A DNA stretch of 61,486 bases, from positions 1 through 61,486 of the forward strand of contig CAZEEW010000007.1 of the NCBI GenBank assembly GCA_964511375.1, read 5' to 3'. The translations under genes and the position numbers were made by a program. The notes beneath the pieces were generated by a model that was not told where the DNA came from, ran no database searches, and saw only the letters and a program-made list of their open reading frames with translations. Below are positions 17,678 to 28,677 of this stretch, piece after piece. This stretch comes from an uncultured Gammaproteobacteria bacterium (GTDB lineage: Bacteria > Patescibacteriota > Patescibacteriia > Magasanikbacterales > GWA2-37-8). Each line of letters starts with the position of its first letter. Positions within the stretch are counted from its first letter, which is position 1.

Positions 17678-18454
17678 ATGATTTCTTCTTTTTTCCATGC
17701 TATTCTCTATCAGCCAATGTATAACTTGTTGGTTGGTCTCTATAACATTTTACCGGGTCATGACGTCGGCCTAGTAATTTTGGTATTAACAATCATTATC
17801 CGTCTCGTTGTTTACCCATTAACCTCCAAGTCCATTAAATCCCAGAAGTCTTTACAGGAATTGCAGCCTAAGATGGCCGAGATTAAGGAAAAGTATAAGA
17901 CCGATCAACAAAAGCAGGCGCAGGCAATTATGGAGTTATATAAGAACAATAAAGTTAATCCGTTTGCATCTTGTTTGCCGTTACTTATCCAGCTGCCGAT
18001 CTTGATTGCCTTGTATTGGGTGCTCCGCGATGCGTTGGCTTCTAAAAATATTGCTAATGAACTTTACCCATTTATTGCGAACCCCGGTACAATTAATCCG
18101 GTTTCTCTAGGACTGTTTAATTTACAACAGCCAAATTTCATTTTGGCTATTTTAGCTGGTGCTGCTCAGTTTATTCAAACGAAGATGTTGATGAGGAAGA
18201 CCCCGCCAAAGCAAGCTGGAGCGGGCGGCAAGGATGAAAACATGATGGCGATGATGAATAAGCAGATGTTGTATTTCATGCCGATTATGACGGTTGTGAT
18301 CGGTATTTCTCTTCCAGCCGGTTTGACTTTGTACTGGTTTTGGAGCACCATACTAATGGCTTTACAACAGTGGATTTTACTTCGTAAGAATAAGGAAACA
18401 GTCGGACCGTCTAATGTAATTGAAGGAAAAATTGAAGAGCCCGATAAAAAATAA
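17678..18454 (+). CDS. yidC: membrane protein insertase YidC (short form)
   Basis: 258 aa, polytopic, with KSQKSLQELQPKM..IKEKYK, NPFASCLPLLIQLPI and LTLYWF motifs. Confidence 0.85.
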   Translation: MISSFFHAILYQPMYNLLVGLYNILPGHDVGLVILVLTIIIRLVVYPLTSKSIKSQKSLQELQPKMAEIKEKYKTDQQKQAQAIMELYKNNKVNPFASCLPLLIQLPILIALYWVLRDALASKNIANELYPFIANPGTINPVSLGLFNLQQPNFILAILAGAAQFIQTKMLMRKTPPKQAGAGGKDENMMAMMNKQMLYFMPIMTVVIGISLPAGLTLYWFWSTILMALQQWILLRKNKETVGPSNVIEGKIEEPDKK

Positions 18455-18765
18455 TGGATATGCAGATTAATATCAAAAAATTACTTTTATTACCGGTATT
18501 TACCGAGAGTGGGACACGTCTCGGGAAAATTGGTGATGTAGTTTTTGATATTGACCATCATACTGTGTGGCATTATGTGGTTAATTCTGGTGGGCTTATG
18601 AATAAAGATATGTATCTGGTTCGTCCGATCCAGGTTAGATCCATCACTTTAGAAAAGATGATTGTGGAAGATAATGTGACCAAGGAACCAGCCAAAGAAA
18701 AAGCTTTGCCAGCAACTAAACCAGCCGAAACACTTGGTAATATTATGCCAAGAGAAGACTCTTAA
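18454..18765 (+). CDS. PRC-barrel-like domain protein
   Basis: 103 aa. V.TESGTRLGKIGDVVFD resembles the PRC-barrel signature. Translationally coupled to yidC. Confidence 0.45.
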   Translation: MDMQINIKKLLLLPVFTESGTRLGKIGDVVFDIDHHTVWHYVVNSGGLMNKDMYLVRPIQVRSITLEKMIVEDNVTKEPAKEKALPATKPAETLGNIMPREDS

Positions 18766-18771
18766 TGTTGT

Positions 18772-19563
18772 ATGTTTTTTTCTAATCGAGAAATTAAGAC
18801 TAAACCCCAGGAAGCGGATAATGTTATTGATCTTGATTCTCGGAGAAAGGCACAAGAGGAAAGAAAACAACAGGACAAATTACAAAAGGAAAAAAATGAG
18901 GCGATTCAGTTTATCCGCGATACCGGGGGATCATTTTCTGCTGAAGTGAAAGGTAAAACTTTGGGTGTGGAGATAGTTAATCGCGATATGGTTGAGGAGA
19001 TATTCACTTTGGTAGAAAAACCAGCTCTTGAAACCGAAGCTGAGCGTCGAAAAGGATTAGTCGACGAATTACAAAACGCGGCGAATGACGAAGAGATCAA
19101 GGCGGCTAAGGTCAAGGGTCAGGAGATCGTACGAGAAACTTCGTTACGCATTAAGGGTTATCTTGAGCTTTACAATTTGTTTATGTCCATGTGTGACGGT
19201 TTTGATACAATTGGTGCGAATAATGTTACCAGAATGCTTAGATTAAAATCTGGTGGGGAAAACTATTTACAAGATTGGTACCCAACAGAATTTAGAAAGA
19301 ACGATTTGAATCAATACAATAATCGACCCGATCGTGGGTTAGACTATTATTTTGTTTTATCACCGGCCAATTTAAATAAATTTTATGACACATTCAAAAA
19401 GAGCCGTGGATCAACAAGTGTAGTCAAAACCGGCTGGGGTTTCCAGGCGGAAATAAATGGTATCCAGATGGCTTTTATGTCTCCAGGAGAAAGAGCGGTA
19501 AAACTTGACGCCGCGAACGATGATGAGCCTCAAGAAAAAAGCCCCGAAGAATTTGCTGCCTAG
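18772..19563 (+). CDS. hypothetical protein
   Basis: 263-aa ORF in the operon context with protein-like composition. No motif recognised. Confidence 0.5.
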   Translation: MFFSNREIKTKPQEADNVIDLDSRRKAQEERKQQDKLQKEKNEAIQFIRDTGGSFSAEVKGKTLGVEIVNRDMVEEIFTLVEKPALETEAERRKGLVDELQNAANDEEIKAAKVKGQEIVRETSLRIKGYLELYNLFMSMCDGFDTIGANNVTRMLRLKSGGENYLQDWYPTEFRKNDLNQYNNRPDRGLDYYFVLSPANLNKFYDTFKKSRGSTSVVKTGWGFQAEINGIQMAFMSPGERAVKLDAANDDEPQEKSPEEFAA

Positions 19564-19576
19564 TTAATTAATAACT

Positions 19577-20545
19577 ATGGTCTTTGAAAGAGATTTAACC
19601 GAAAGCATAGTCAAAACCCTAAATTACTTCGATATTTTTTCCTATCCTCTTACCAAAGAGGAACTTTTTTATTATCTTTGGCAACCGCCAAGTGGTGTAA
19701 ATTACATAACCTTCGTAGCCTTTTTAGACGATCATAAAGGAAACAATCGCTGGGAAGAAAAGTGGGGTTTCTTTTATCTTAAAGGCAAAGAAGAGAATGT
19801 CGAGAAAAGACGTGAGCGTCAGCTGGAAAGTATCCTAAAGTTAAAAGTTGCTACTCGAGCCGCTAAAAAATTGCGTAACATTCCGTTCTTAAAAGCAATT
19901 TTCGTTTGTAACACTGTCGCGGCTAATCAGGCGAATGAAGATAGTGATATAGATTTTTTTATCGTTTCCGCAAAAAATCGGCTTTGGATTGTCCGCTTTT
20001 TCGCAAATCTTATCTTACGTCTTTGGGGATTACGTACTTATGGTCATAAAATGCGCAACCGTATTTGTTTGTCTTTTTTTGTGGATGAAGACAACTTGGA
20101 TCTTAAACCCCTAAGTGTCTCAAATCCAGACATCCATTTTATTTATTGGCTTATCCAAATGATTCCCTTGTTTGATCTCAATCAAATTGCGACAAAATTT
20201 AAAACTCATAATCGCTGGGTGGCCGAGTACATCCCCAATTATTTTGACCGCCCGGTTGCCAAATTTTTAAATGAAGTTAAAGTGAACTCTCTTAGCAAGA
20301 TTTGGCGTCGGTTTTGGGAAATCGCTTGGCAGGGGAGTTACGGCGAATATGTTGAATCGGAAACCTACAAACTGCAGCTTTTGAAGTTGCCATTAGCAGT
20401 TAAGGATGCAGCCGAGAAAGGAGATAAAGGGGTAGTTATTAGTAAAGGGGTAATAAAGCTTCATGAAGAAGATAGCCGAAAACGAATTCTGAATCAGTGG
20501 TTAGAAACCCTTACTACTTTAAATAAAGAAGAATATGTTGAATAA
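19577..20545 (+). CDS. hypothetical protein, possible nucleotidyltransferase fold
   Basis: 322 aa. NEDSDIDFFIV resembles the DxD of the pol-beta-type NTase fold. The call is weak. Confidence 0.35.
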   Translation: MVFERDLTESIVKTLNYFDIFSYPLTKEELFYYLWQPPSGVNYITFVAFLDDHKGNNRWEEKWGFFYLKGKEENVEKRRERQLESILKLKVATRAAKKLRNIPFLKAIFVCNTVAANQANEDSDIDFFIVSAKNRLWIVRFFANLILRLWGLRTYGHKMRNRICLSFFVDEDNLDLKPLSVSNPDIHFIYWLIQMIPLFDLNQIATKFKTHNRWVAEYIPNYFDRPVAKFLNEVKVNSLSKIWRRFWEIAWQGSYGEYVESETYKLQLLKLPLAVKDAAEKGDKGVVISKGVIKLHEEDSRKRILNQWLETLTTLNKEEYVE

Positions 20546-21869
20546 AATTGTTAATTACCTAATACTTTTGTTGGTATTTTTCTTCCCCTGGCAAACACGT
20601 TGGATTTACCACGAAGATTATCTATTAGGGTTCAGTAATGAATATGGCACCTTAAGTTTTTATGGTACAGAAATTTTACTTTGGATTATTGTTATTCTTT
20701 TTATTATTAATAATTTTTTAAATAAAAATTTTATTGCTTTAGTGAAAGAAAGAGGAATCAATAGGCCAGTCGTTCGGCGCATGGCTCTCTTTGTGATTGT
20801 TTTAATCTGGTTGTATATAATTTGGTATTTTAGTTTAAACAGAGAAATTACTTTACAATTTTATAATCGTCTATTTGCTGCGGTCGTGTTTGGTATAATT
20901 GTTTACATACAAATTTTAAAGGAATCTTTAAATAAAGTTTTTGTACTTTTTTCATTATGGCTTAGTGCTGTAGTCCAGGGTATACTTGGTGTCTGGCAAT
21001 TCTTTAACCAGGGAATTAGCGCAAATAAGTGGTTGGGCTTATCGGAAACTCTGCCTAGTACTTTGGGTGTAAATGTCATAGAAACTGCTGGCGAGCGTTG
21101 GCTTCGCGCTTATGGTAGTTTGGGTGGACCAAACCCCTTAGGTATTTTTTTGGCTGGAGGTTTAGTTTTAGGCATGATTTTGTACTATGTTTTTCGTGAA
21201 TCGAAGGTTAGGATTTTGGTAATCTTCGGTAACCTAGTGATTCTCTCTGGATTGTTTTTTACTTTTTCGCGTGGCGCATGGTTGGCGGGAGTAGTTGGGA
21301 TGGTTGTGTTTGCTTCTGCCCTTCTTTTTGCTAAAAGGGAAATCAGCCAAAGTTTGAGAGAAAAAGTTTGTCTTTTATTTAAAGTCGGTTTACCATTTGT
21401 GGCTTTATTATTTTTTTTAAATTTTTTGTTTAATCCATTAGTTGCTACTCGCTTAACCTTACAAGGACGATTAGAAGAAAAATCTATGACTTCAAGGGCG
21501 AGTCAGATTAGTGAATGGAAGATTGTCTATAAACGAAACAAACTGGTCGGAGTCGGGCCGGGTAGCTATACGCGTTACCTGGCCAAAGAGGGGATTGGTG
21601 ATAAATTTAAGTTACCAGTTCACAATACTTATTTATTGGTCTTAGTGGAGATGGGTACAGTTTTTGCCTTCGGTTTATTTTTTGGATTAGGATATTTACT
21701 GTTTAAAATACTCAAACAAAATCCTCTTTACCTTCCTCCACTGGTTACTCTCCTTGTTGCGGCTAGTTTTGAACATTGGCCTTGGAGTCTGTTCCCTGGG
21801 CTTTTATTCACATCTCTTCTTTTCTCTGTATCTTTAAGTAAGTCAATGTCGAAAAAAATGGCTATTTAA
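20535..21869 (+). CDS. O-antigen ligase/Wzy-like polytopic membrane protein
   Basis: 444 aa with about 10 or more TM segments and the FTFSRGAWLAG motif typical of the Wzy_C family. Confidence 0.7.
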   Translation: MLNKIVNYLILLLVFFFPWQTRWIYHEDYLLGFSNEYGTLSFYGTEILLWIIVILFIINNFLNKNFIALVKERGINRPVVRRMALFVIVLIWLYIIWYFSLNREITLQFYNRLFAAVVFGIIVYIQILKESLNKVFVLFSLWLSAVVQGILGVWQFFNQGISANKWLGLSETLPSTLGVNVIETAGERWLRAYGSLGGPNPLGIFLAGGLVLGMILYYVFRESKVRILVIFGNLVILSGLFFTFSRGAWLAGVVGMVVFASALLFAKREISQSLREKVCLLFKVGLPFVALLFFLNFLFNPLVATRLTLQGRLEEKSMTSRASQISEWKIVYKRNKLVGVGPGSYTRYLAKEGIGDKFKLPVHNTYLLVLVEMGTVFAFGLFFGLGYLLFKILKQNPLYLPPLVTLLVAASFEHWPWSLFPGLLFTSLLFSVSLSKSMSKKMAI

Positions 21870-21880
21870 GCCATTTTTTC
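21853..21880 (+). terminator. A/T-flanked hairpin overlapping the end of the ligase gene
   Basis: AAAAAATGGC pairs with GCCATTTTTT around the loop TATTTAA. Confidence 0.5.
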
Positions 21881-21909
21881 TTGTGGATAGTCCAGGGGTG
21901 GATATCCTC

Positions 21910-21937
21910 TTGACAGCTCCTAATTTTCTTGTAAAAT
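21910..21937 (+). promoter_or_regulatory. groESL promoter
   Basis: TTGACA (21910-21915), a 16-nt spacer and TAAAAT (21932-21937). Confidence 0.55.
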
Positions 21938-21947
21938 GATTAAGCGA

Positions 21948-21974
21948 TTATCACTCGAAATAATAGAGTGATAA
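21948..21974 (+). promoter_or_regulatory. CIRCE-type (HrcA) operator
   Basis: TTATCACTC-N9-GAGTGATAA compared with consensus TTAGCACTC-N9-GAGTGCTAA. It sits between the promoter and groES. Confidence 0.75.
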
Positions 21975-22004
21975 TATCTTAATAAATAACTTAATACATC
22001 GTCT

Positions 22005-22289
22005 ATGATTAAACCAATCGGTGACCGTGTTTTGGTCAAACCAGCTAAGGAGGAAGAAGTAACTGCCTCTGGCATTGTTTTGCCAGCAACAGTAGATAAA
22101 GAAAAAAAGGCGGAGGGCGAAATTGTAGCTTTAGGTAATGGTGAAGATCTCGCTAAACTTAATTTAAAGGTTGGCGATCGAGTGATCTTTGAAAAATGGG
22201 GCGGAGAAGAGGTAAAAGTTGGTAAAGGTTCGGAAGAGGTCGAGTACAAGATTTTACCTCATGATAAAATTCTTGCAATTGTTGAATAA
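22005..22289 (+). CDS. groES: co-chaperonin GroES
   Basis: 94 aa with MIKPIGDRVLVKP and a mobile-loop region. Confidence 0.95.
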   Translation: MIKPIGDRVLVKPAKEEEVTASGIVLPATVDKEKKAEGEIVALGNGEDLAKLNLKVGDRVIFEKWGGEEVKVGKGSEEVEYKILPHDKILAIVE

Positions 22290-22294
22290 TCTAA

Positions 22295-23950
<1,656 letters not shown>

Positions 23951-23977
23951 TAAACTCAATAAACTTAAAAAAAGAAA

Positions 23978-24003
23978 AGACCCATCATGGGTCTATTCTT
24001 TTG
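23978..24003 (+). terminator. groEL intrinsic terminator
   Basis: AGACCCA-TCA-TGGGTCT hairpin (23978-23994) followed by a T-rich tract. Confidence 0.7.
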
Positions 24004-24012
24004 TATAGATAG

Positions 24013-24041
24013 TTGTCAAGGCCACAAGATTAAGGTAAAAT
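24013..24041 (+). promoter_or_regulatory. putative promoter
   Basis: TTGTCA (24013-24018), a 17-nt spacer and TAAAAT (24036-24041). Confidence 0.4.
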
Positions 24042-24077
24042 AACCTAACTGGTTAGTAAATGATTAAGTAAAAATTT

Positions 24078-24575
24078 ATGGTAGAAATGGTAGTCAATTT
24101 TTTTTCCTCCTTCCCTCATTGGCTCGGCACCTTGCTCATGGCAATGACTCCGATAGGAGAATTAAGACTTTCTTTGCCAGTCGCAATTTTGGCTTACAAG
24201 ATGCCGATTTGGTCCGCGTTGTTCTGGTCAGTGGTTGGTAATATGATTCCCATCACTATTATCCTTTTGTTTGTAGATAAGTTCCATCGCTGGATTGAAA
24301 AGAAAAGTGGGTTTATTGCTAGCTCGTGGTTAAAATACTTAGACCGGGCACAAAAGAAATTCGACAACAAACAATACGAAAAGTATGGTTTGCTTGCCTT
24401 AGCTATTTTTGTCGGTGTACCTCTGCCTATAACCGGTGCTTGGACTGGTGCGGTCATTGCTTTTCTACTAGCTTTACCTTTTAAAAAAGCCTGGATTGCA
24501 ATTTTGGCTGGGGTGATCATGTCTGCAACGATAATTTTGCTTGTAAGCCTAGGAGCAAACCAAATAATTAACTAA
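24078..24575 (+). CDS. small membrane protein, small multidrug-export-like (COG2426-like)
   Basis: 165 aa with 4-5 TM helices. TPIGELRLSLPVAI resembles that family from memory. Confidence 0.45.
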   Translation: MVEMVVNFFSSFPHWLGTLLMAMTPIGELRLSLPVAILAYKMPIWSALFWSVVGNMIPITIILLFVDKFHRWIEKKSGFIASSWLKYLDRAQKKFDNKQYEKYGLLALAIFVGVPLPITGAWTGAVIAFLLALPFKKAWIAILAGVIMSATIILLVSLGANQIIN

Positions 24576-24577
24576 GT

Positions 24578-25654
24578 ATGACGACTGACAGATTGGGAAT
24601 ACTAAAAGAAAGAATACAAAGAACTACTGATCTGCTTCGGTTAGATAAACTTCAAGAAAAGAAAGTGCAGCTAGAGGGAGAGATGAACGCCCCGGATTTT
24701 TGGTCTAATCAAGAACGTGCCCAAGCCATAAGCCAGGATTATGAGAGTATCCGGAGTGAAATTGAAAAATGGACTGATCTTGAAACCAAAGTAAATAGTC
24801 TAATTGAACTTGCCGAATCTGGAGATAGTTCTTTGGAGGAAGAGATTAGTAAGCAGACGGAAGAATTAGAAAAAGAATTTACCTCTTACGAGTTCTATTT
24901 GTTTCTAAATGGACCTTATGACGAACGGAGTGCTATTATTGCTTTACATGCGGGAACCGGTGGCACCGAAGCACAAGATTGGACTGAAATGTTGCTTCGC
25001 ATGTATCTCCGTTTTGCCGAAAAACAAAGTTGGAAAACGCGTGTCATTGATGAGTCGCGGGGTGGTGAAGCAGGCTATAAGTCGGTTATGGTTGAAATTA
25101 AAGGCCGCTACGCCTATGGCTATCTAAAAAGCGAACACGGTGTTCACCGCTTAGTTCGTATCTCTCCGTTTGACGCTGAGAAAATGCGCCACACCTCTTT
25201 TGCTTTAGTGGAAGTTATGCCAGAATTAGATGAGAGTGTAGAATTCAATCTCGATCCTAAGGATTTACGTATTGATACTTTTATGAGCGGTGGTAAAGGT
25301 GGACAAAGTGTCAATACCACTTATTCCGCTGTTCGCATTGTCCACATTCCAACCGGTATTACTGTGTCTTGTCAGAACGAGCGATCGCAGCAGCAAAATA
25401 AGGAAACCGCCTTGAAAGTTTTGAAAGCTAAATTGCTCCGTCTACAAGAAGAGCAGCAGGCTAAAGAGCGCCAAGAGCTACGTGGTGAGTACAAGTCAGC
25501 TGAATGGGGGAACCAGATAAGGTCCTATGTGCTCCATCCTTACCACCTGGTGAAAGATCATCGGACAGAATATGAAACTAGTGACCCGGAGACAGTTTTG
25601 GATGGCGATCTTAAATCTTTTAGCGAAGCCTATTTAAAATGGCTTAAGGAATAG
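24578..25654 (+). CDS. prfB: peptide chain release factor 2
   Basis: SPF tripeptide (RISPFDA) and GGQ (SGGKGGQSVNTT). A single uninterrupted frame. Confidence 0.9.
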   Translation: MTTDRLGILKERIQRTTDLLRLDKLQEKKVQLEGEMNAPDFWSNQERAQAISQDYESIRSEIEKWTDLETKVNSLIELAESGDSSLEEEISKQTEELEKEFTSYEFYLFLNGPYDERSAIIALHAGTGGTEAQDWTEMLLRMYLRFAEKQSWKTRVIDESRGGEAGYKSVMVEIKGRYAYGYLKSEHGVHRLVRISPFDAEKMRHTSFALVEVMPELDESVEFNLDPKDLRIDTFMSGGKGGQSVNTTYSAVRIVHIPTGITVSCQNERSQQQNKETALKVLKAKLLRLQEEQQAKERQELRGEYKSAEWGNQIRSYVLHPYHLVKDHRTEYETSDPETVLDGDLKSFSEAYLKWLKE

Positions 25655-25662
25655 TTCTTGTT

Positions 25663-26262
25663 ATGAAAATTTACCAACCCAATCAAATTCAAGAGATCAC
25701 TCACTGCTTATTACATGGCCAAACAGCCGTTTTTCCAACTGAAACTTCCTATGGTTTAGGTTGTGATGCCAGGAATGTCGAAGCAGTGGAAAAGATTTTT
25801 GCTATTAAAGGCAGAGAAAAAACTAAGTCTTTGCTTGTTATTGTGCCTAGTGTTGCAGTTGCTCGAGAATACTTGGAATGGAATGACAAACTGGAAGAAC
25901 TGGCGCATAAGCATTGGCCCGGTCCATTAACTGTTGTATCTCGCGCTTTGACCGGGAAATTACCGCCCGGGGTTGTTTCCTCTGAAGGCACTTTGGCCTT
26001 ACGGGTTACCGGAGACATTTGGTTGCAAAGCTTAACTACTAATCTCGGCGAACCTTTGGTAGGTACTTCTGCGAACATTAGCGGTGCCCCACAGGAAATT
26101 TATAAACTTGAGGAAGTGCAACAAGAATTTTTAGGACAAGAAATAAAGCCAGATTTAATTGTCGAGGGGGGAGTTTTACCGAAAAATTTACCTACAACTA
26201 TTGTAAGCGTCATTGGCGGCGAATTAAAGATTTTAAGACAAGGAGAATTAAAATTAGACTAA
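25663..26262 (+). CDS. tsaC: L-threonylcarbamoyladenylate synthase (Sua5/YrdC/YwlC family)
   Basis: 199 aa with FPTETSYGLGCDA, KGREKTKSL, LALRV and TSANISG motifs. Confidence 0.85.
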   Translation: MKIYQPNQIQEITHCLLHGQTAVFPTETSYGLGCDARNVEAVEKIFAIKGREKTKSLLVIVPSVAVAREYLEWNDKLEELAHKHWPGPLTVVSRALTGKLPPGVVSSEGTLALRVTGDIWLQSLTTNLGEPLVGTSANISGAPQEIYKLEEVQQEFLGQEIKPDLIVEGGVLPKNLPTTIVSVIGGELKILRQGELKLD

Positions 26263-26267
26263 TTTCT

Positions 26268-27425
26268 ATGAGCAAGCTATTGGGGGCGGTGGTTTTGCAT
26301 AAGCATTGGATAATTATAGGAACAATTTTTTTGTTCATGTCCGGTGGTATTTTTTATTCCTGGCACGATTCGGTTTTAGCTATTGAAAGCGCTACTGTTA
26401 TTGATCTGTCTATTCAGCCAGAAAAAGAGGTGCGGTATAAGATACCGAGACAGACTGTGAAGGGCTTGTATGTTACGGCTTACTCGGCTGGAAATAAAGC
26501 AAAAATGGACTCCTTAATTAAGTTAATTGATGAAACTGAACTCAATGCTGTGGTTATCGACATCAAAGATTATAGCGGCAAGGTGTTGTATAATAGCCAG
26601 CATCCGCTCGTTGTTGAAAAGAAATTAAAAAGAGACCAGCTTGGTAATGTGCGTGCGCTTTTGAAAAAACTTCATGAGCATAATATTTATACCATTGCTC
26701 GGCAAACAGTTTTTCAAGATCCGCTCTTAGCAGAAGCTAAACCAACTTTCGCAATTAAATCTAAATCCGGTGGTCTTTGGCGTGATCATAAGGGATTGGC
26801 TTGGGTTGATCCGACTAGGGTAGAAGTTTGGCAATACAATGTTGAAATTGCGAAAGAGGCGATTAACTTAGGTTTTGATGAAATTAACTTTGATTATGTC
26901 CGTTTTCCATCCGACGGTGACATGTCTAGTGTTGTTTACACCACAAAGAATAAGACAAAATACCAGGTGATGGCCGATTTTTATAAATACCTAAGTGATA
27001 GTTTAAAAGATGAACCCGCTTGGATTTCTATTGATATGTTTGGTCTCGTTATGGAAAGCAAGGGTACAAATGATATGTCCATTGGTCAGCGTTTAGTGGA
27101 TGCGGTTGACCAAGTGGATTATATATGTCCTATGATGTATCCCTCTCATTATCCGTCTGGGTATATTGGTTTAGATAATCCGGCCGAATATCCAGCCAAA
27201 GTTTTTGCTAATGGCCTGAAGAAAGGCCTGCCCGCTTTTAAAGATAAGCGAGCTGAAGTTCGTCCGTGGATCCAAGCCTTTAATATCGGTGCAGTTTATG
27301 ATGGGACTAAAATTCGTGCCCAGATAGATACAATTGAAAAATATACCAATGCTGGTTGGTTAATGTGGAATGCTGCTAATCGCTATAGCAGTGCTGGTTT
27401 AAAGAAAGACTTCTACACAGAATAA
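26268..27425 (+). CDS. membrane-anchored putative glycoside-hydrolase-like TIM-barrel protein (DUF4015/COG1306-like)
   Basis: 385 aa with VKGLYVT, NAVVIDIKD and FDEINFDYVRFP, recalled from that family; not verified. Confidence 0.5.
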   Translation: MSKLLGAVVLHKHWIIIGTIFLFMSGGIFYSWHDSVLAIESATVIDLSIQPEKEVRYKIPRQTVKGLYVTAYSAGNKAKMDSLIKLIDETELNAVVIDIKDYSGKVLYNSQHPLVVEKKLKRDQLGNVRALLKKLHEHNIYTIARQTVFQDPLLAEAKPTFAIKSKSGGLWRDHKGLAWVDPTRVEVWQYNVEIAKEAINLGFDEINFDYVRFPSDGDMSSVVYTTKNKTKYQVMADFYKYLSDSLKDEPAWISIDMFGLVMESKGTNDMSIGQRLVDAVDQVDYICPMMYPSHYPSGYIGLDNPAEYPAKVFANGLKKGLPAFKDKRAEVRPWIQAFNIGAVYDGTKIRAQIDTIEKYTNAGWLMWNAANRYSSAGLKKDFYTE

Positions 27426-27442
27426 GTAGGCTTGACTTCTTG

Positions 27443-27506
27443 TGTTATTCTAATAAATATGCTATTATTAGAATAGCGCAATATATTATTCTAAACCTTA
27501 GAATAA
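27443..27506 (+). promoter_or_regulatory. extended -10 promoter plus two palindromic operator-like sites upstream of fic
   Basis: TGtTATTCT (27443-27451). IR1 is TATTCTAATA / TATTAGAATA (27446-27455 / 27466-27475). IR2 is TTATTCTAA-ACC-TTAGAATAA (27486-27506). Confidence 0.45.
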
Positions 27507-27533
27507 GAAAAACCTTTGTTCTACTCATTAAAT

Positions 27534-28634
27534 ATGTCAGTAAAACCACATAATTTGGCCATATTGCCAATAAAAATCGATTACGACCAACTTATCGGCA
27601 AAATCACCGAGGCACACCGTGCAATTGCTAGTCTGGATTCTCTTCTTAATGCCCTGCCTAATCCGGCCCTGCTTGGGAGAACCATGCAAACCAAAGAAGC
27701 TGTGGAGAGCTCTAAAATTGAAGGTACAGAGGCCACAATCAATGAAGTGTTGGAATATGAAGCGGTGGCAGAAAAAAAAGATAACACCACCAAGACCAAA
27801 GATATAAACGAGGTCTTAAATTATCGCCAGGCTTTGGATTTGGGTGTAAAAAGTTTAGAAACTTTGCCTTTGTCGGAAAATTTAATAAAAAAATTGCATG
27901 CCACTTTATTAAAATCCGGTCGTGGCGCCAACAAAGCCCCTGGCGAGTTTAGGAAAATACAAGTTTACATCGGTAGACCTGGTGCGAGCATCGAAAATGC
28001 GTCATATGTACCGCCGCCAGCTAATGAAATTGTGTCGTTATTTAGCAATCTTGAAAAATATTTAAACTCCAACGAAGAAAAAGACAAACTTGTACAAATT
28101 GCTATTGCCCATTATCAGTTTGAAGCCATTCATCCTTTTCTCGATGGCAATGGCCGTGTAGGTCGATTGATCATCTCGTTATTTTTGTATGACAAAAAAT
28201 TGTTGTCTTACCCATTCCTTTATCTAAGTGAGTTCTTCGAAGAGCACCGACAATATTATTATGAATTGTTGCGTGGGGTAAGCGAAAAAAGAGATTGGAC
28301 CAGTTGGATAAAATTTTTTTTAGAAGCACTACGTATACAAGCTAACAAGGCGGAATCAACAGGCAAAGAAATTTTGAAATTACACGCCGGTCTTAAAGAA
28401 AAAATTACTGAGATTAATTCAATCTATGCCGGTAATTTGTTAGATGCTATTTTTATTCGCCCTATTTTTACCACTGCCAGTTTACGAAAATATGTTAAAA
28501 TAAAAAATACGCAGACTTTTTTTAGTTTGATTAAAAAATTCGTAAACGCTGGGATTCTAAAGGAAGCAAATCCGGAAAAACAGCGTAATAAAATTTATTC
28601 TTTCCCGGAGCTAATAAAACTGCTTAATAAGTAA
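27534..28634 (+). CDS. fic: Fic-family protein (AMPylase-type) with C-terminal winged-helix-like region
   Basis: Fic motif HPFLDGNGRVGR. Start taken at ATG 27534 (MSVKPHN); the tracked ORF starts at TTG 27516. Confidence 0.85.
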   Translation: MSVKPHNLAILPIKIDYDQLIGKITEAHRAIASLDSLLNALPNPALLGRTMQTKEAVESSKIEGTEATINEVLEYEAVAEKKDNTTKTKDINEVLNYRQALDLGVKSLETLPLSENLIKKLHATLLKSGRGANKAPGEFRKIQVYIGRPGASIENASYVPPPANEIVSLFSNLEKYLNSNEEKDKLVQIAIAHYQFEAIHPFLDGNGRVGRLIISLFLYDKKLLSYPFLYLSEFFEEHRQYYYELLRGVSEKRDWTSWIKFFLEALRIQANKAESTGKEILKLHAGLKEKITEINSIYAGNLLDAIFIRPIFTTASLRKYVKIKNTQTFFSLIKKFVNAGILKEANPEKQRNKIYSFPELIKLLNK

Positions 28635-28677
28635 TATATTTAAGGAATACTGAAATATCAGGTGAGCTTGAAACAAT

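Noticed and set aside
24578-25654. Programmed +1 frameshift in prfB (CTT TGA C site near codon 26).
   Set aside because: The RF2 frame is continuous from ATG 24578 (…DLLRLDKLQEKK…) and a sizeable minority of bacteria lack the frameshift. The presence of RF2 with an SPF motif simply argues for standard UGA stop usage.
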